Origin: an uncultured Gemmatimonadaceae bacterium
GTDB taxonomy: Bacteria > Gemmatimonadota > Gemmatimonadetes > Gemmatimonadales > Gemmatimonadaceae
Direction of reading: 5' to 3'
Assembly (NCBI GenBank): GCA_963829055.1
Contig: CAWHHI010000009.1
Location: 1 to 64,000, forward strand
DNA: 64,000 bases
The position numbers were made by a program, and so were the translations under genes. Positions 32,548 to 44,209 of this stretch are shown one piece after another. Below the pieces are notes generated by a model. It saw only the letters and a program-made list of their open reading frames with translations. It was not told where the DNA came from and ran no database searches. The stretch's first letter is position 1, and the number at the start of each line of letters is the position of its first letter.

Positions 32548-33951
32548 TTACGGATTACGGTCCGTGCACCCTGACCAATTCGCGTTGTTCCGCTCGGCAA
32601 ACGACGGCGTGATGTTCTGATCGGTGCCGTAGGTACCGCCCTTGAAGTACGCCCCCGTGGGCCACACCGACGTCGCCGGACGCGTGTACTGCCGTACGAG
32701 CCGGCGCAGGTCGCCCACGCGGTGGGTGGTCAGGTACAACCAGAACGCCCGCTCGCGAAAGAGCAGATCGATGCGCGCGGCATCGGTGCCCGGATCGACG
32801 AGTGGGGGCAGTGGATCCGCGCCCGACGTGGCAATGGCCCACGCCGTTCGTGCACCGGCGTCGGCACGCGCCGTGTTGAGCGCCGTCATCATGCCCGCGG
32901 CGTTACCGGCTTTCAACGCGGCCTCGGCTTCGATGAGGCGCGCCTCGACACCAGTGGCCAAACGCGTCGGGGCGGAACCGTTCGGATACCCCAGAATGGT
33001 GTTGACGCGCGTTGAACCATCCTGTCCCAACCGAATCGTGGGGCTGATCGGCACGCGCGGATCGTTCGCGGAGATGAAGTTGAGACCGTTGCCGCCCTCG
33101 CGCTCGGACGGACCGAAGTTCGCGGTGCCCACCATCCAGTCGTAGATCGTGTTCACGAGCGTCGTGGCGGAGTATTCGGCATTCACCACGAAGCTGGTCG
33201 CGACAGCCGCCGAGCCCGCGCCGTCACCGCCGGCGCCGACAGCGGCCGCCGCGTCGGCGAACCGCGCCAGGTCGACCAGCGCGCGCGCCTTCGCGATGCG
33301 TGCAAGGTTTCGGAGTGGAAGGTCGGCGGCTGTCGTGGACAGCGTGGCGAGCGCGCTATCGGCCTGCGCCACCGCACGCGTGAACATCTCCGCGTTCGAC
33401 ACGATCGTGTATTCCGGAGCCGTGTCGTCCGCGTTGGACAGCGGAACCCCATTGCAGAACAGCTCCCCGGCGATGCTCAGCGAGAGACTGGACATCGCGT
33501 GCAGCTGGCCAATCTGGGTCGACCGCGTTGCGCCTGCGGGCGAGTACTGCGCCAGCGACTTGCGCGCTCGAATGAGTTGCGTATAGGCCTGGCCGAAGTT
33601 GTTCCACGCCACGTTCGGAAAGGTGTTCTCGTTGAAGGCGCGTTGGTCGATGTGATCCGCGCCAGGGCGCGCATTGATCAACTCGTCCGAGATGAGCCCA
33701 CCATACAGGTTGGCGCCGACGTTGATGGTGCCGCTGTAGAAGTTGTGGAAGTTGCCGATCGCCGCTGCCCTCAACGCCTGAGCACCGGCGGGATTGGCCG
33801 CATCACCCGGCGAAATCTGGTCCGGCGTCTCCACTTCCAGCAGCGTTTCCCTGCTGCACGCGGCAACCACGGCCAGCGCGAGTGCGGTGGCCGAACGGCG
33901 CAGCATCCCCTGGGTGCGTCCCACATATGTATCGATCATGATCGTCCTCAT
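32548..33951 (-). CDS. SusD/RagB-like outer-membrane lipoprotein
   Basis: VAAC lipobox; EARLIEAEA and ERAFWLYLT.HR.GDLRRL motifs; directly downstream of SusC. Confidence 0.88.
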   Translation of the reverse strand: MRTIMIDTYVGRTQGMLRRSATALALAVVAACSRETLLEVETPDQISPGDAANPAGAQALRAAAIGNFHNFYSGTINVGANLYGGLISDELINARPGADHIDQRAFNENTFPNVAWNNFGQAYTQLIRARKSLAQYSPAGATRSTQIGQLHAMSSLSLSIAGELFCNGVPLSNADDTAPEYTIVSNAEMFTRAVAQADSALATLSTTAADLPLRNLARIAKARALVDLARFADAAAAVGAGGDGAGSAAVATSFVVNAEYSATTLVNTIYDWMVGTANFGPSEREGGNGLNFISANDPRVPISPTIRLGQDGSTRVNTILGYPNGSAPTRLATGVEARLIEAEAALKAGNAAGMMTALNTARADAGARTAWAIATSGADPLPPLVDPGTDAARIDLLFRERAFWLYLTTHRVGDLRRLVRQYTRPATSVWPTGAYFKGGTYGTDQNITPSFAERNNANWSGCTDRNP

Positions 33952-36900
33952 CACAGGCCGAAGTTGAAACGGAGAAGCCAGTAGCGAACTGGTGGCGCCG
34001 CGAAAAAGTCGTTGTTCCCGCCACCGGTGTTGGCCACCGATGAGTTGATCTCCGGATCGAGGCCGGGATACTTGGTCCAGAGGACTCCGATGTTGCGCCC
34101 ACTCAGCGTGAGGCTCGCGTTGTGCCCGTGGGCGAACGACACGTACTTGTCGGGAACGCCCACCGTGAAGCTCAACTCGCGGAAGCGAATGAAGTCGTTC
34201 TCCACGAAGTAGCCCCATACCGAGTTGCCTAACAACGCGCTCGTCGTCGTGACCGCCGCCGCCTGGTCGGCCAGCGGGGCCTTGGGGTCGCTCACCGCTC
34301 GGCAGTTGCCCGAGACGCAGCGCTGGTTCTCGAAGCCCCATTGGTTGTAGAAGCCGCCGCGATAGTCGAACAGGGTGGTGATCTGCAGCTTGTCGCCGAA
34401 GAAGCCGAAGGTGTTCGTCAGGCCCCCCTCACGAGTGGGAAGGGTCGAGCCCTTGAAGGCGGGGTCCTTACCGACGACGACCTCACTTTCGGTGAGGAGG
34501 CCGTCGCCGTTCGCGTCGTTGAAGCTCGTGATCGGTCGCGCCCAGAGTCCGAACAACGGATACCCGACGACGTTGCGTGCACCCTGCGTTACCGCGAGCT
34601 GCGCCGTGCCTGCATCGACCAGTTCATTCTTGAGGAATGAGCCGTTCACATGCAGCGACCACTTGACCGGATCTGTGTCGATCACCTTCCCCTGCACCGC
34701 CAGCTCGACACCACGGTTGCGAACCTTGGCGAGGTTCTGCCACTGCGATGGCGCACCGGTCTGACTACTTCCGATCGACGGCGGAAGCGGGTTCAGAAAG
34801 AGCGCGTCGCGGCTTTCCTTGTTGAAGAACGTGGCTTCGAGCGTCACACGGTTGTTCCAGAAGCCGACGTCGGCACCGAGCTCGATCTCGGCCGTGACTT
34901 CGGGCTTGAGGTCCGCATTGCCCTGTGATTGCAGGCGAAGCGCAGCGGTTTCCGCGCCGCCTACGGGGACCGAGAAGGCACTCAGATACTGCAACGATGC
35001 CGTCGTGACCGTCGGGAATTGCCCCGCCTGACCGTACGCGCCGCGAAGTCGCAGATCGCTCATCCAGCCGAACTTCGGGAACCAGTCTTCCTCCAGGAGG
35101 CTCCACGAGAGCGCGGCGCGAGGATACACGGCATTGCCAGCGTTCGAGCCGAAGGCGCTGTTCTGGTCGGTGCGCACGCCCAGCGTCAGGAAACGCTTCT
35201 CGCTCCACCCGAGGACTTCCTCGAGGAAGGCGCCATAGGTGGCGTTCTCGTTGGTCGTCTCGGATGAGAGCTGCAACTGAGCGCCGTTAGGCGTCTGCGC
35301 GCCCGGCGGGAGCGAATAGCCGCGGGCGTCTGTCTGGTACTGCGTGTCCTTGAACCACTGCAGACCGACTGATGTCCGCGTCGACAACGCCGGCAACGCC
35401 TGCCACGTGGCGGTCGCGCCAGCGTCCGCCGAGTAGCGCGAGAAGGTGTTGCGCGTGGCGTCACGCCCGCCGGTCTGCCCCGGTGGGCCCCAGCCCGTGA
35501 CCGTCCCTTCGCCAAAACGCGCGAACCGGTAGCCGTAGCCCGTGTTCTGATCCAGACCGACGGTGGCGCGGCCGGTCAGCCACGATTTGGGCTGCCAGTT
35601 GAACGAACTGCTCCCCGTCAGCCGCTGGTCGCGCAGCTTCTGCGTGACGGAGAAGATATCGCCAATGTACTGAGCCGACGTGCCGTTGGTTGGCGTGCGG
35701 AAGCCAGGGGCGAAATACGTCTGGAACCACAGGCCGGCAAAGAAACCGCCCTCGAATGGTGTGTAGAGCGTTCGGTCCGAGTACCCGGACGAGAAGCTGA
35801 GCTGGGCGTTGGAACCGATCGGCACGCCGAAGTTGGCGCGCAGGCTCGTCTGCCCCAGGCTATTGGGCTCGACCTGCTCGTCGCGAGGGCTCGCACCGCG
35901 CGCTGTCGTTAGGCGGGCGATCTCCGCATCCGGCATGCGATACGGCCCGGTTTCGTCCTCGTGCTCGGCGGACAGGAAGAACGTGAACGCGGAGTTGCCG
36001 CCCGATGCCTGCGCACCCAGGAGATAGCGCGGTTGCGTCTTGAACGGCGTCGTCTCCGAGTTCATGAGCGGGTTGAACGTCGTGACCGAGTCAGCCACGC
36101 ACCGCTTGAGGGATTGGTCCGACAGACGGCAGGTGACTGGAGCGGGCTGCGCGACGCCGCCGACCAGATTGCGCCCCCAGGAGCGATAGTTGTCGGCGAA
36201 GGTGGCGGGCTGGCTCACCTGTCCGGCTTCGCCGTAGAGGTTCCAGCGCGTCTTGCCGGATGCGCCGCGCTTCGTCTTGATGACGAGCACGCCGTTGGCC
36301 GCGGCGGTGCCATACAGCGCGGCCGCCGATGGCCCCTTGATGATATCGATGGACTCGATGTCGTCCGCATTGAAGGCGCCGAAACGGTTAACTCGTGTGG
36401 TGGTGACGGACCCGCCAATGGCGCCAGGCGCCGCCGAGTTGTCGACGCGTACCCCATCCACGATGATGAGCGGCTCGTTGCTGAGCGAGAGCGAGCTCGT
36501 GCCGCGGATACGAATGGACGGCGACGCTCCCGTTAGGCCCGATCCCTGAATGATCTGCACGCCGGGCGTCCGGGCTTGCAGGACCTCGGTGATGTTCGTG
36601 ACCGGCGCGCGACCAGCGAGCGAGTCGACCGCCACCGAGGCGATCACGTTTCCGATTTCCTTTCGCGATTGATCGCCGGTGGCCGTGGTGACGACGGCCT
36701 CGAGCTGTGTGGCGACCTTGGCGAGCGAGAAGTCCGCGGTCACCTCTCCGGTCGACGGAACATCGACGCGGATCGAATCCGGTGCGTAGCCGATGCGGAT
36801 CGCACGCACGACTACCTGGCCCGCCGGTACCGAGTGGATGACATAGTTGCCGTTGTTGCCCGTCAGTTCGCCTAACCGACCGGAGCCGACGACGATGACG

Positions 36901-37037
36901 ACTGTGGCACCCACGATGGGTTGCGACGTCCCCTTCTCCAGGACGCGTCCCTTCACGGATCCCGTGGCCTGCGCCGCGAGCGGTGAAGAGACGAGCCCCA
37001 CGACAAGGGCTGTGGTCAGAACACGCACGATTCTCAT
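33951..37037 (-). CDS. SusC/RagA TonB-dependent receptor
   Basis: IRIRGTSS...PLIIVDG, DIESIDIIKGPSAAALYG, LKPE.T.E motifs; AAAGGAGG RBS. Confidence 0.95.
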   Translation of the reverse strand: MRIVRVLTTALVVGLVSSPLAAQATGSVKGRVLEKGTSQPIVGATVVIVVGSGRLGELTGNNGNYVIHSVPAGQVVVRAIRIGYAPDSIRVDVPSTGEVTADFSLAKVATQLEAVVTTATGDQSRKEIGNVIASVAVDSLAGRAPVTNITEVLQARTPGVQIIQGSGLTGASPSIRIRGTSSLSLSNEPLIIVDGVRVDNSAAPGAIGGSVTTTRVNRFGAFNADDIESIDIIKGPSAAALYGTAAANGVLVIKTKRGASGKTRWNLYGEAGQVSQPATFADNYRSWGRNLVGGVAQPAPVTCRLSDQSLKRCVADSVTTFNPLMNSETTPFKTQPRYLLGAQASGGNSAFTFFLSAEHEDETGPYRMPDAEIARLTTARGASPRDEQVEPNSLGQTSLRANFGVPIGSNAQLSFSSGYSDRTLYTPFEGGFFAGLWFQTYFAPGFRTPTNGTSAQYIGDIFSVTQKLRDQRLTGSSSFNWQPKSWLTGRATVGLDQNTGYGYRFARFGEGTVTGWGPPGQTGGRDATRNTFSRYSADAGATATWQALPALSTRTSVGLQWFKDTQYQTDARGYSLPPGAQTPNGAQLQLSSETTNENATYGAFLEEVLGWSEKRFLTLGVRTDQNSAFGSNAGNAVYPRAALSWSLLEEDWFPKFGWMSDLRLRGAYGQAGQFPTVTTASLQYLSAFSVPVGGAETAALRLQSQGNADLKPEVTAEIELGADVGFWNNRVTLEATFFNKESRDALFLNPLPPSIGSSQTGAPSQWQNLAKVRNRGVELAVQGKVIDTDPVKWSLHVNGSFLKNELVDAGTAQLAVTQGARNVVGYPLFGLWARPITSFNDANGDGLLTESEVVVGKDPAFKGSTLPTREGGLTNTFGFFGDKLQITTLFDYRGGFYNQWGFENQRCVSGNCRAVSDPKAPLADQAAAVTTTSALLGNSVWGYFVENDFIRFRELSFTVGVPDKYVSFAHGHNASLTLSGRNIGVLWTKYPGLDPEINSSVANTGGGNNDFFAAPPVRYWLLRFNFGL

Positions 37038-37125
37038 CTGCTCCTCCTTTCGAGTCGGCCTGCGTAATACCACTGCGGTTGCGGTGTACTGCCTCTGCTC
37101 ATCCTCTCGGATGGTTGTCGACTCC

Positions 37126-39593
37126 CTAGGGCGGGAGCATGCGATAGTCCGCCGGCGGCTCGGCGCCGAGCAGATTGCGGACGAAGTAATCCCACGAGCG
37201 CTTGATCGTGTAGGTCGACCGCTGGTGGCCTGCGTCCGGCACGACCAGCATGTCGAAGTCCTTGCCCGCCTTCATGAGCGCGTCCACGACGCGCAGCGTC
37301 TCCGCCGGCGGATTGTTGCAGTCCATGTCGCCCGTCATCAGCAACAACTTGCCCTTGAGGTTCGCGGCGTATTTGTAGTTCGCCTCGGCCTCGTAGTTGT
37401 CGGAGTTGCCAATCTTCTGATACAAGCCCTGGTACTTCTCGCCCCAGTACCAGCCGTAGACGCGAAAGTCGTGATTGCCCGACCCACTGACCCCAACCTT
37501 GAAGAAGTCCGGGTAGTGCAGCATGGCGGCGGCGGCAGAATACCCTCCGCCGGAGTGCCCCACGATGCCGACACGCGTCGTGTCGATCCAAGGGTACCTA
37601 ATGGCCAACTGGCGGATCGCGGCGACGTGGTCCGGAAGTCCGTTGTCGCGCACGTGTCCATAGAAGAAATCCTCGAACGCCTTGGATCGCTGGGGCGACG
37701 AGCCCATCGCGTCGAGCTGGATCACGATGAAGCCCAGCTCGGCAAGCGAGCGCCGCATGCCTTCCTCCCCCATGTTGCGCGTCGCCGTCATGCGATCCTC
37801 TCGCGTCTCGACGAGTGTGCCGAGCGCCCAATCCGGCCCCTTGAACACCCAGTCGCCGACGCTGCCGCGCTGCGGCCCGGGATAGATGTAGGTCACGATC
37901 GGGTAGTGCCTGGTCGGATCGAAGGTACTCGGCTTGTGCAGAATGCCCCAGAGATCCGTCACGCCATCGCGCGCCTTGACCGTGAACACCTCCGCGGGCG
38001 TCCAGCCGATCGCCCGCAACGGCGTGTCATTCCCACGCGCGAGCTCCATCACGACTTTGCCATCGACATCGCGCAGCACGGTTACCGGTGGCGTCGCGAT
38101 CTGCGAGTACGTGTCGATGAAAAACGGCGCGCCTGGAACCGGGCGAATCGTGTGGTTGCCGGGTTCGGGCGACAGCGACGTCATGGCACTGCCGTCGAAG
38201 CTCACGCGATACAGGTGGGCGTAGTGCGGTACGCCGGCTTCCTTGCCCCAGGCCGTGAAAAAAACGTGTCTTCGCGTACTGTCGACACGCACGATGTCGG
38301 CGACCTTGTACGATCCGCGCTCGACCTGGTTCTTGAGGGTGCCATCGCTGCCGTAGCGATAGATGTGACCCCAGCCGTCGCGTTCGGAGACCCAGAAAAT
38401 GTCCTCGCCGCCCTTCGCGACCGCCCAGTCGCCACCATTGAGGTCGACGAAGGTCGCCGCCGAGTCACGGGCGATCGTGCGGGACTTCCCGGATCGAAGA
38501 TCGAGCGCGGCCAGCTGCACCACTTTTTGGCCGCGCGTCGCGGTGACCACGTACAACTCGTTCGAGCTCTTTCCCCATCGCGCTTCGCCCGGACTCCCGA
38601 GCGCACCGATCGGCTCGCCCTCGACTTTCGTCGCCGAGCGGTTCGCGACGTCGAGCGTGTAGAAGTTGTACCGCATCACGGCGGTATCGCCGGGTGCGGC
38701 GTAGAAATAACTATGGTCCACCGGCTGATTGCTGCTGGATGAGTACAGCGGATAGATCCGCACGCCGCGAAGGTCGTCGCGTTGAACGAGCAGCTTCTTC
38801 GAGTCCGGGGACCAGCGCACGCCGCCCGGTCGTTAGGGTGAAGCGGTCGAGCTCGACGCGCGCGACCTCGAGGCCGAATCGATAGAGGCCGAATCCCCAC
38901 GACGTCGTGCCGTCGGTCGTGAGCGCGATCGAGCCCGCCGGTAGTGAAACGGAATCGCGAGGCGGAAGCGGACCCACCATCGTCGGAGCGTCGCATCCGT
39001 TTCGAACAGGGGCACGCGGCCGGGCACGCCACGCGTCCGGGTCGGCATCGGTGGCGCGAGCGGGTCGCACGTAGACGTTGTAGTTCCAGACGAATGCATC
39101 CCACTGCCCGTCGGGCGAGCGACTCGCCCACGTCGGTCCATCCGCCTTGGCCTGCGCGATGATCTGCGCCGAGTCCGCGAGCACGCATCGCTCGGAGTCG
39201 AGCGGACACCAGTACGACTTGCCGCGAACGTCGAACTGCATCGCACGCTCGCCGTTCACCAACTTCCTGGCCGGCAACGTGTGCGAGTCGATCGATGTGT
39301 CGGCGATGGCGGAGAGCGACGCGGCGATACGGACATTGTCGAACAGCGGGCGCCTGGTCCGTGCCCGTGGGTCGACGAGGTAGAGCGTTCCGCGATCGGC
39401 ACCGGCACCGGTCATCTCGTAGTAGAACCGCACGCTGTCGCTGAGCCAGACCGGGTAGACGCGACCGCCGACCAGCAGCGGGTCGAAGGTGCGGAATGCG
39501 ATCCGCCTTGGCGTAATCGACGACCTGCGCCGGAAGGCCGGCGGCCGACGCGCCACCAGCGAGTGCCGCGATGACCAATCGGCGGTGGCGCAT
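37126..39593 (-). CDS. S9 family dipeptidyl-peptidase IV-like protein (frameshifts near 38820 and 39500)
   Basis: YPGPQ, GHSGGG nucleophile, GDMD.N and GH catalytic motifs; DPP IV N-terminal propeller. Confidence 0.9.
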
Positions 39594-39690
39594 CAACCGA
39601 GTGATCGCAGCAGTGGCAACGATCGTCATGGCTGGCCCGTAGCCTTGCCGAGGGGGCGGGTTTGCCGTAGCATTGGCCGTCAGCTTCGAT

Positions 39691-39708
39691 GTATACAACG
39701 TTGTGTAC
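39691..39708. promoter_or_regulatory. Probable GntR/FadR operator
   Basis: GTATACAACGTTGTGTAC near-perfect palindrome in the divergent gap next to the GntR gene. Confidence 0.6.
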
Positions 39709-39723
39709 TTTGGTGGATACATC

Positions 39724-40554
39724 ATGCCGATCGATCGAGGCAGGCGCAATAGGCAATCGCGCGGTCAGCCCGTGGCCGACTCGAGCGATGACCCGCAGCT
39801 GGACGACACGATCGAGCCGAAGAAGTCATCCAGCCCCGATCCGTCCGGCCTGTCGGCAAAGGACGCCGAGCGGGGCGAGCGCCCGCTCGTCGTCTACAAG
39901 CAGCTGCGCAATCTGATCGTGCGCGGGACGATCGCCCCGGGAACCCCGTTGATCGAGACCGAGCTCGCCGATCGACTGAGCGTCAGTCGCACGCCGATTC
40001 GAGGTGCCCTGCAACGACTGCGGCAAGAGGGGCTCATAACGGACGCGAGTGGCCGCCGTGTGTTCAAGTTCGTGGTGGCGCCGCTCACGCGGGATGATGC
40101 ACGGTCGCTCTTCCACATCATGGGCGAGCTCGAGGGTCTCGCCGCTCACGGCGCCGGGATGCTGCCGAACGCCGAGCGCACGGTACTCACCGAGGCGCTG
40201 ACGCGCGTCAACCGTGAGCTACTCGCGCTCGCGCATACGACGGAACCGCACTCCGAGCAGTTCTTCGAGCTGGATCGACAGTTTCATCGCTTGACGACGG
40301 GCGCGGGCTCGAATCCGCGGCTGACCGCCTTGCGCGAAACGATCGAGCCCCAGGTCGAGCGGTACTGGCGCGCGTATGCGGTGATGCGCGCCGACGCCGT
40401 CGGTAGCTCCGCGGGCGAGCACGATGCCATCATCAAAGCCCTCGCTCGAGGCGACGCCGATGCCGCCCAGTACGCGGTCCGCATGAACTGGCGCAACTCG
40501 GCCGATCGCCTGACGCCCGCGTTCGTTCGGCAGGGCGAGCGCGGCCGGTGGTAA
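39724..40554 (+). CDS. GntR family regulator (FCD domain)
   Basis: ETELADRLSVSRTPIR.AL HTH; D..FH and EH motifs of the FCD domain. Confidence 0.92.
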   Translation: MPIDRGRRNRQSRGQPVADSSDDPQLDDTIEPKKSSSPDPSGLSAKDAERGERPLVVYKQLRNLIVRGTIAPGTPLIETELADRLSVSRTPIRGALQRLRQEGLITDASGRRVFKFVVAPLTRDDARSLFHIMGELEGLAAHGAGMLPNAERTVLTEALTRVNRELLALAHTTEPHSEQFFELDRQFHRLTTGAGSNPRLTALRETIEPQVERYWRAYAVMRADAVGSSAGEHDAIIKALARGDADAAQYAVRMNWRNSADRLTPAFVRQGERGRW

Positions 40555-40636
40555 TGTCCATTGGCGTTAGGCACGTGTACGACGACATCGAGCGGGTGAC
40601 GCAGGCGTAGACGATGCGGTTGATCCCGGTCGAGTG

Positions 40637-41053
40637 TCAGTCGCCGGTCGGAATGATGCTCGCGGTCTCGACCATCAGAATCACGGCGCGCTCGGGTGCC
40701 CGAGTGCGATGGCGAACGCCTCTGGGCACCACGAACCCTTCTCGCGGCTCGAGCGTGACCACTCGGCCCGGCGTGATGCCGTCGGCCTGCGGCTCCAGAT
40801 CAATGAGGAAGCGGCCGTCGAGGACGAAGAAGAACTCGTCGTCCTCGGTGTGCTCGTGCCAGTGATACTCCCCGTGCATGACGCCGAGCCTAACGACTGA
40901 TTCGTTGACGCGGGCCAGCGTCTGATTGTACCACGCATCGCGAACCGCGGCGACGAGCGGATCGAGCGCCACCTTCTCCAGGGGCCCGAAGAGGACGTTC
41001 AGATGCGTGGCGTACGGAAATTCGGCAGGCGAAGGCGTATCTGGCGTGGACAT
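40637..41053 (-). CDS. Cupin-domain protein
   Basis: GEYHWHEH..DDEFFFV...FVVPRGVRHRT. Confidence 0.9.
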   Translation of the reverse strand: MSTPDTPSPAEFPYATHLNVLFGPLEKVALDPLVAAVRDAWYNQTLARVNESVVRLGVMHGEYHWHEHTEDDEFFFVLDGRFLIDLEPQADGITPGRVVTLEPREGFVVPRGVRHRTRAPERAVILMVETASIIPTGD

Positions 41054-41870
41054 TATCGAATCTTCCTCCCGGGTCTGTCGCGGCCGAACTGGTGGAGGAC
41101 CAGCCCCGTCACCGCGCCGCTCGCGTCGCGCACGAAGCTGACCTGCGCGTCCGCCTCGGTGACGAAGAAGTCGCTGCGTGCTCTCCGGCCAGACGCGCAG
41201 CGCGTCGCCGCCGACGTTCGATTTGATGTAGAGTGCTGCGTCGCGCAGCGTCACCTCGAGCTGGAGGCCGGGCGCGATCTCGTAGAGGCCCACGTACGGC
41301 GACAACGCGGTCACGGGGAGATCGATGGCCGTCCGCTTCTTCGGCGGGAGCGCTGACGGTGGCACCATGCCTAACAACCGCATGTAGACCGCGAGCTGGC
41401 TGTAGTGCTCCGCCAGATCGGTCTCGAATCCGATCAGTGTGCTGGCGAGTGCCGCCGAGTTGAGTTGCGGGACCGCCTCCATCGCTGCGTCGCAGAAGCG
41501 GAGTGAAGCCCTGAGTCGCGCGACGAGCGTGTCCTTCGGCCACCGCGCCTTGACCGTGTCGGCCAGCGAGTCCTTGGCGGTCCGCGGACGCTCGAGGCTC
41601 CCGAGGCGCTCGCACAGACCGTAGTTCGCGTTCTCGAGATGCTGCGCGATGTACCCAATGGACTGCTGGGTGGGCATCGGGCGGTAGTCGTAGCGCGCCG
41701 CGGGAATGGAGTCGAAGGCGGCGACGAGTCGGGCGCCGAAGGCGTCGGCGATCCGAACGAAGCTGGCCATCACGCCGTCCGGCGCCGGGCGAGTGGCTGG
41801 TGTCTGCGCGGGGAGCGCCGGTGGGAAGGCGACAGACGAGTGCGATGATGAGCGCGGTGCGACGACGCAT
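41053..41870 (-). CDS. Secreted DinB-family protein with C-terminal DUF3471-like domain (frameshifts)
   Basis: YDYRP....SIG, EHYSQLAVYMRL.G.VPPS and L..YVG.Y motifs. Confidence 0.75.
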
Positions 41871-42065
41871 GCGGCCTCAGGACGTCCGGGTGAGGGAGGT
41901 TGGACACCGATTGTACTCCGCACGACGCCGTGCGTTCGAACCTCGGTTGCGCGTTTCTCACTCCGGGGTTCGCGCCGTGTTGAGCCACCTATCAGAAAGT
42001 CGCAAAGGTCCGTACCATTGTCACCGTTACCTGGATCGAACGCCCACTACCCGGAGGCTCGCCTC

Positions 42066-42392
42066 ATGCTGGACCGGCTCGCCCGGTTGGTCGGCGTCTC
42101 GCCCACGGTCGCCGCGCTCATGCTCGTACTCCTCGTCGTGCAGCTGGCGACGCAGGCGTACGCGCTGGTAGACCTCGCGCGACGCGACGCGGTGCGAGGC
42201 GGCAACAAGTGGGTGTGGGCGCTCGTCATAGCGTTAGGCAATCTCCCGGGCGCGATCGCCTACCTCGCCGCGGGCCGACCGATGATGGAGGCGGACGTCG
42301 CGGGCGCTGGCTCTGGCGCGAATGCATCGGCGGGCGTCGATGCGGCCCGGCACGCCGTGGATGCGCTGTACGGTCCGCGCGACCGACGATGA
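42066..42392 (+). CDS. PLDc N-terminal-domain small membrane protein
   Basis: ALVDL.RR...GNKWVWALVI...PGAIAYL. Confidence 0.8.
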   Translation: MLDRLARLVGVSPTVAALMLVLLVVQLATQAYALVDLARRDAVRGGNKWVWALVIALGNLPGAIAYLAAGRPMMEADVAGAGSGANASAGVDAARHAVDALYGPRDRR

Positions 42393-42419
42393 GCGCGGGC
42401 CGTCTGCCTGACGTCCTGG

Positions 42420-43427
42420 GTGTCACGTGAGCGGCGCGCTCTCCGTGCGCGACGCGACCTACCCGGCCGCCCCCGCGACGGCGCCGATGCGAGCGGCCCC
42501 GCTGCGATCGAGCTCCGCGGTCTGACCAAACGGTTCGGCGACACGCTCGCTCTCGACGGTGTCGACCTCGTCGTCCGCCCGGGCGTGGTATTCGGCTTCC
42601 TCGGCCGCAATGGCGCAGGAAAGACCACGGCGCTGCGCATCCTGTCCGGGCTCGCCCGACCCACCGCGGGCACCGCCCACGTCCTCGGCCACGATGTCAC
42701 GCAAGCGAGCGACGTGGTTCGTGCGCAGATCGGCTTCCTCCCCGACGTCCCGGGGTTCTATCCGTGGATGACCGCGCGGGAGTACCTCGAGTTCGCGGGA
42801 CAACTCTTCGGGATCGATCCCGCGACGCTCGACGCGCGCGCCACGCGCGCTGCTGGAGATGGCAGGCCTCGCGTCGGTCACCACGCGAGTCGGCGGCTTC
42901 TCTCGCGGGATGAAGCAGCGGCTCGGCATCGCGCAGGCGCTGATCAACGCACCGAGCCTGCTCATGCTCGACGAGCCGACGAGCGCGCTCGACCCCATCG
43001 GCCGGCACGAGGTGCTCGAGATGGTCGCGTCGCTGCGTGGGCGCACGACGGTGTTCTTCTCGACGCACATTCTCGCCGACGTCGAGCGCGTGTGCGACGC
43101 CGTGGCGATTCTCGAGCAGGGCCGCGTCGTGGCGAGCGCCAGCGTCGATGAGCTCACCGCGCGCGCGACGGCCAACCGCCTGATCGTGGAAGTGGAGGGC
43201 GATGACGGCCGCCGCGGTCGCGGGCGCTTCTGACGGGGCGAGCGTGGCTCACGTCTCTGGAGACCACCGAGCAAACGTTGCGCATGACCGTCTCCGACCT
43301 GCCGGCGGCTCAGCGGGAGATTCCGGCGGCGATCGCGGCCGCCGGCGTCGCGCTCCGGCGGTTCGAGATCGAGGAGGCGAGTCTGGAGGACGTGTTTGTG
43401 GAGCTCGTCGGGGGCGCGGCGCGATGA
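42420..43427 (+). CDS. ABC transporter ATP-binding protein (frameshifts)
   Basis: GRNGAGKTT, FSRGMKQRLG, LDEPT and STH motifs. Confidence 0.9.
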
Positions 43428-44190
43428 CCGGGCTTCGGCGCCTTCCTGCGAAAGGAGCTCATCGAGATTCGCCGGACGTGGCGGCTCTGGGTGATCCCCG
43501 GGATGCTGGTGTTCTTCGGCGTGACGAGCCCGATCATCGCGGCGCTCACGCCGGCACTGGTGCGGTCGATGGCCGCGTCGCAGCCGGGAGTCGTGATCCG
43601 GCTGCCGCCACCGACCGCGCTCGACGCCTACGCGCAGTTCATCAAGAACCTCAACCAGTTCGTGCTCATCGCGGTGGTGATCACCGGCGCGGGGGTCGTC
43701 TCGGGCGAGCGCGTCCTCGGGAACGGCGATCCTCGCGCTGACGAAGCCGCTCTCGCGCGGCGCGTTCGTGGTGGCGAAGATCCTGTCGCAGCTCGCGCTC
43801 CTCGTGGCGGCCACCGCGTTAGGCACGACAGCCTGCCTGGTGATGACGGCGGTGGTGTTCGGCGGCGCCGACGCCACTCGGCTCGTGACCGCGGTGGCGC
43901 TGTGGCTCGTCTACGCCACGCTGCTCGTCGTGGTGATGACGCTCTTCTCGGCGGCGTTTCGCTCGCGCGGCGCGGCCGCGGGTGCGGGGCTCGGTTTCTT
44001 CTTCCTCACGCTCCTGTTCTCGAGCTGGGGACCGGCGGCGCGGTACAGCTTCCTCGGGCTGCTGCCGGCCATGCGCAACGCGCTGGTCGGACAGCCGATG
44101 TCGTTAGGCTGGCCGGTCGTGACGGCGGTAGCGGCGATCGCGGTCGGAGCGGTGGCGGCGGTGCGGATCTTCGAGCGGCAAGAACTATAA
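43424..44190 (+). CDS. ABC-2 type permease (frameshifts)
   Basis: F..FLRKEL.E N-terminus, six hydrophobic helices, F.RQEL end. Confidence 0.85.
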
Positions 44191-44209
44191 GAAGACGCAA
44201 CTGCAAGTC

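Noticed and set aside
36847..38742. Long antisense ORFs (also 1452-2756, 29241-30785, 42459-43877)
   Set aside because: Shadow frames of real genes in high-GC DNA, with no recognisable motifs
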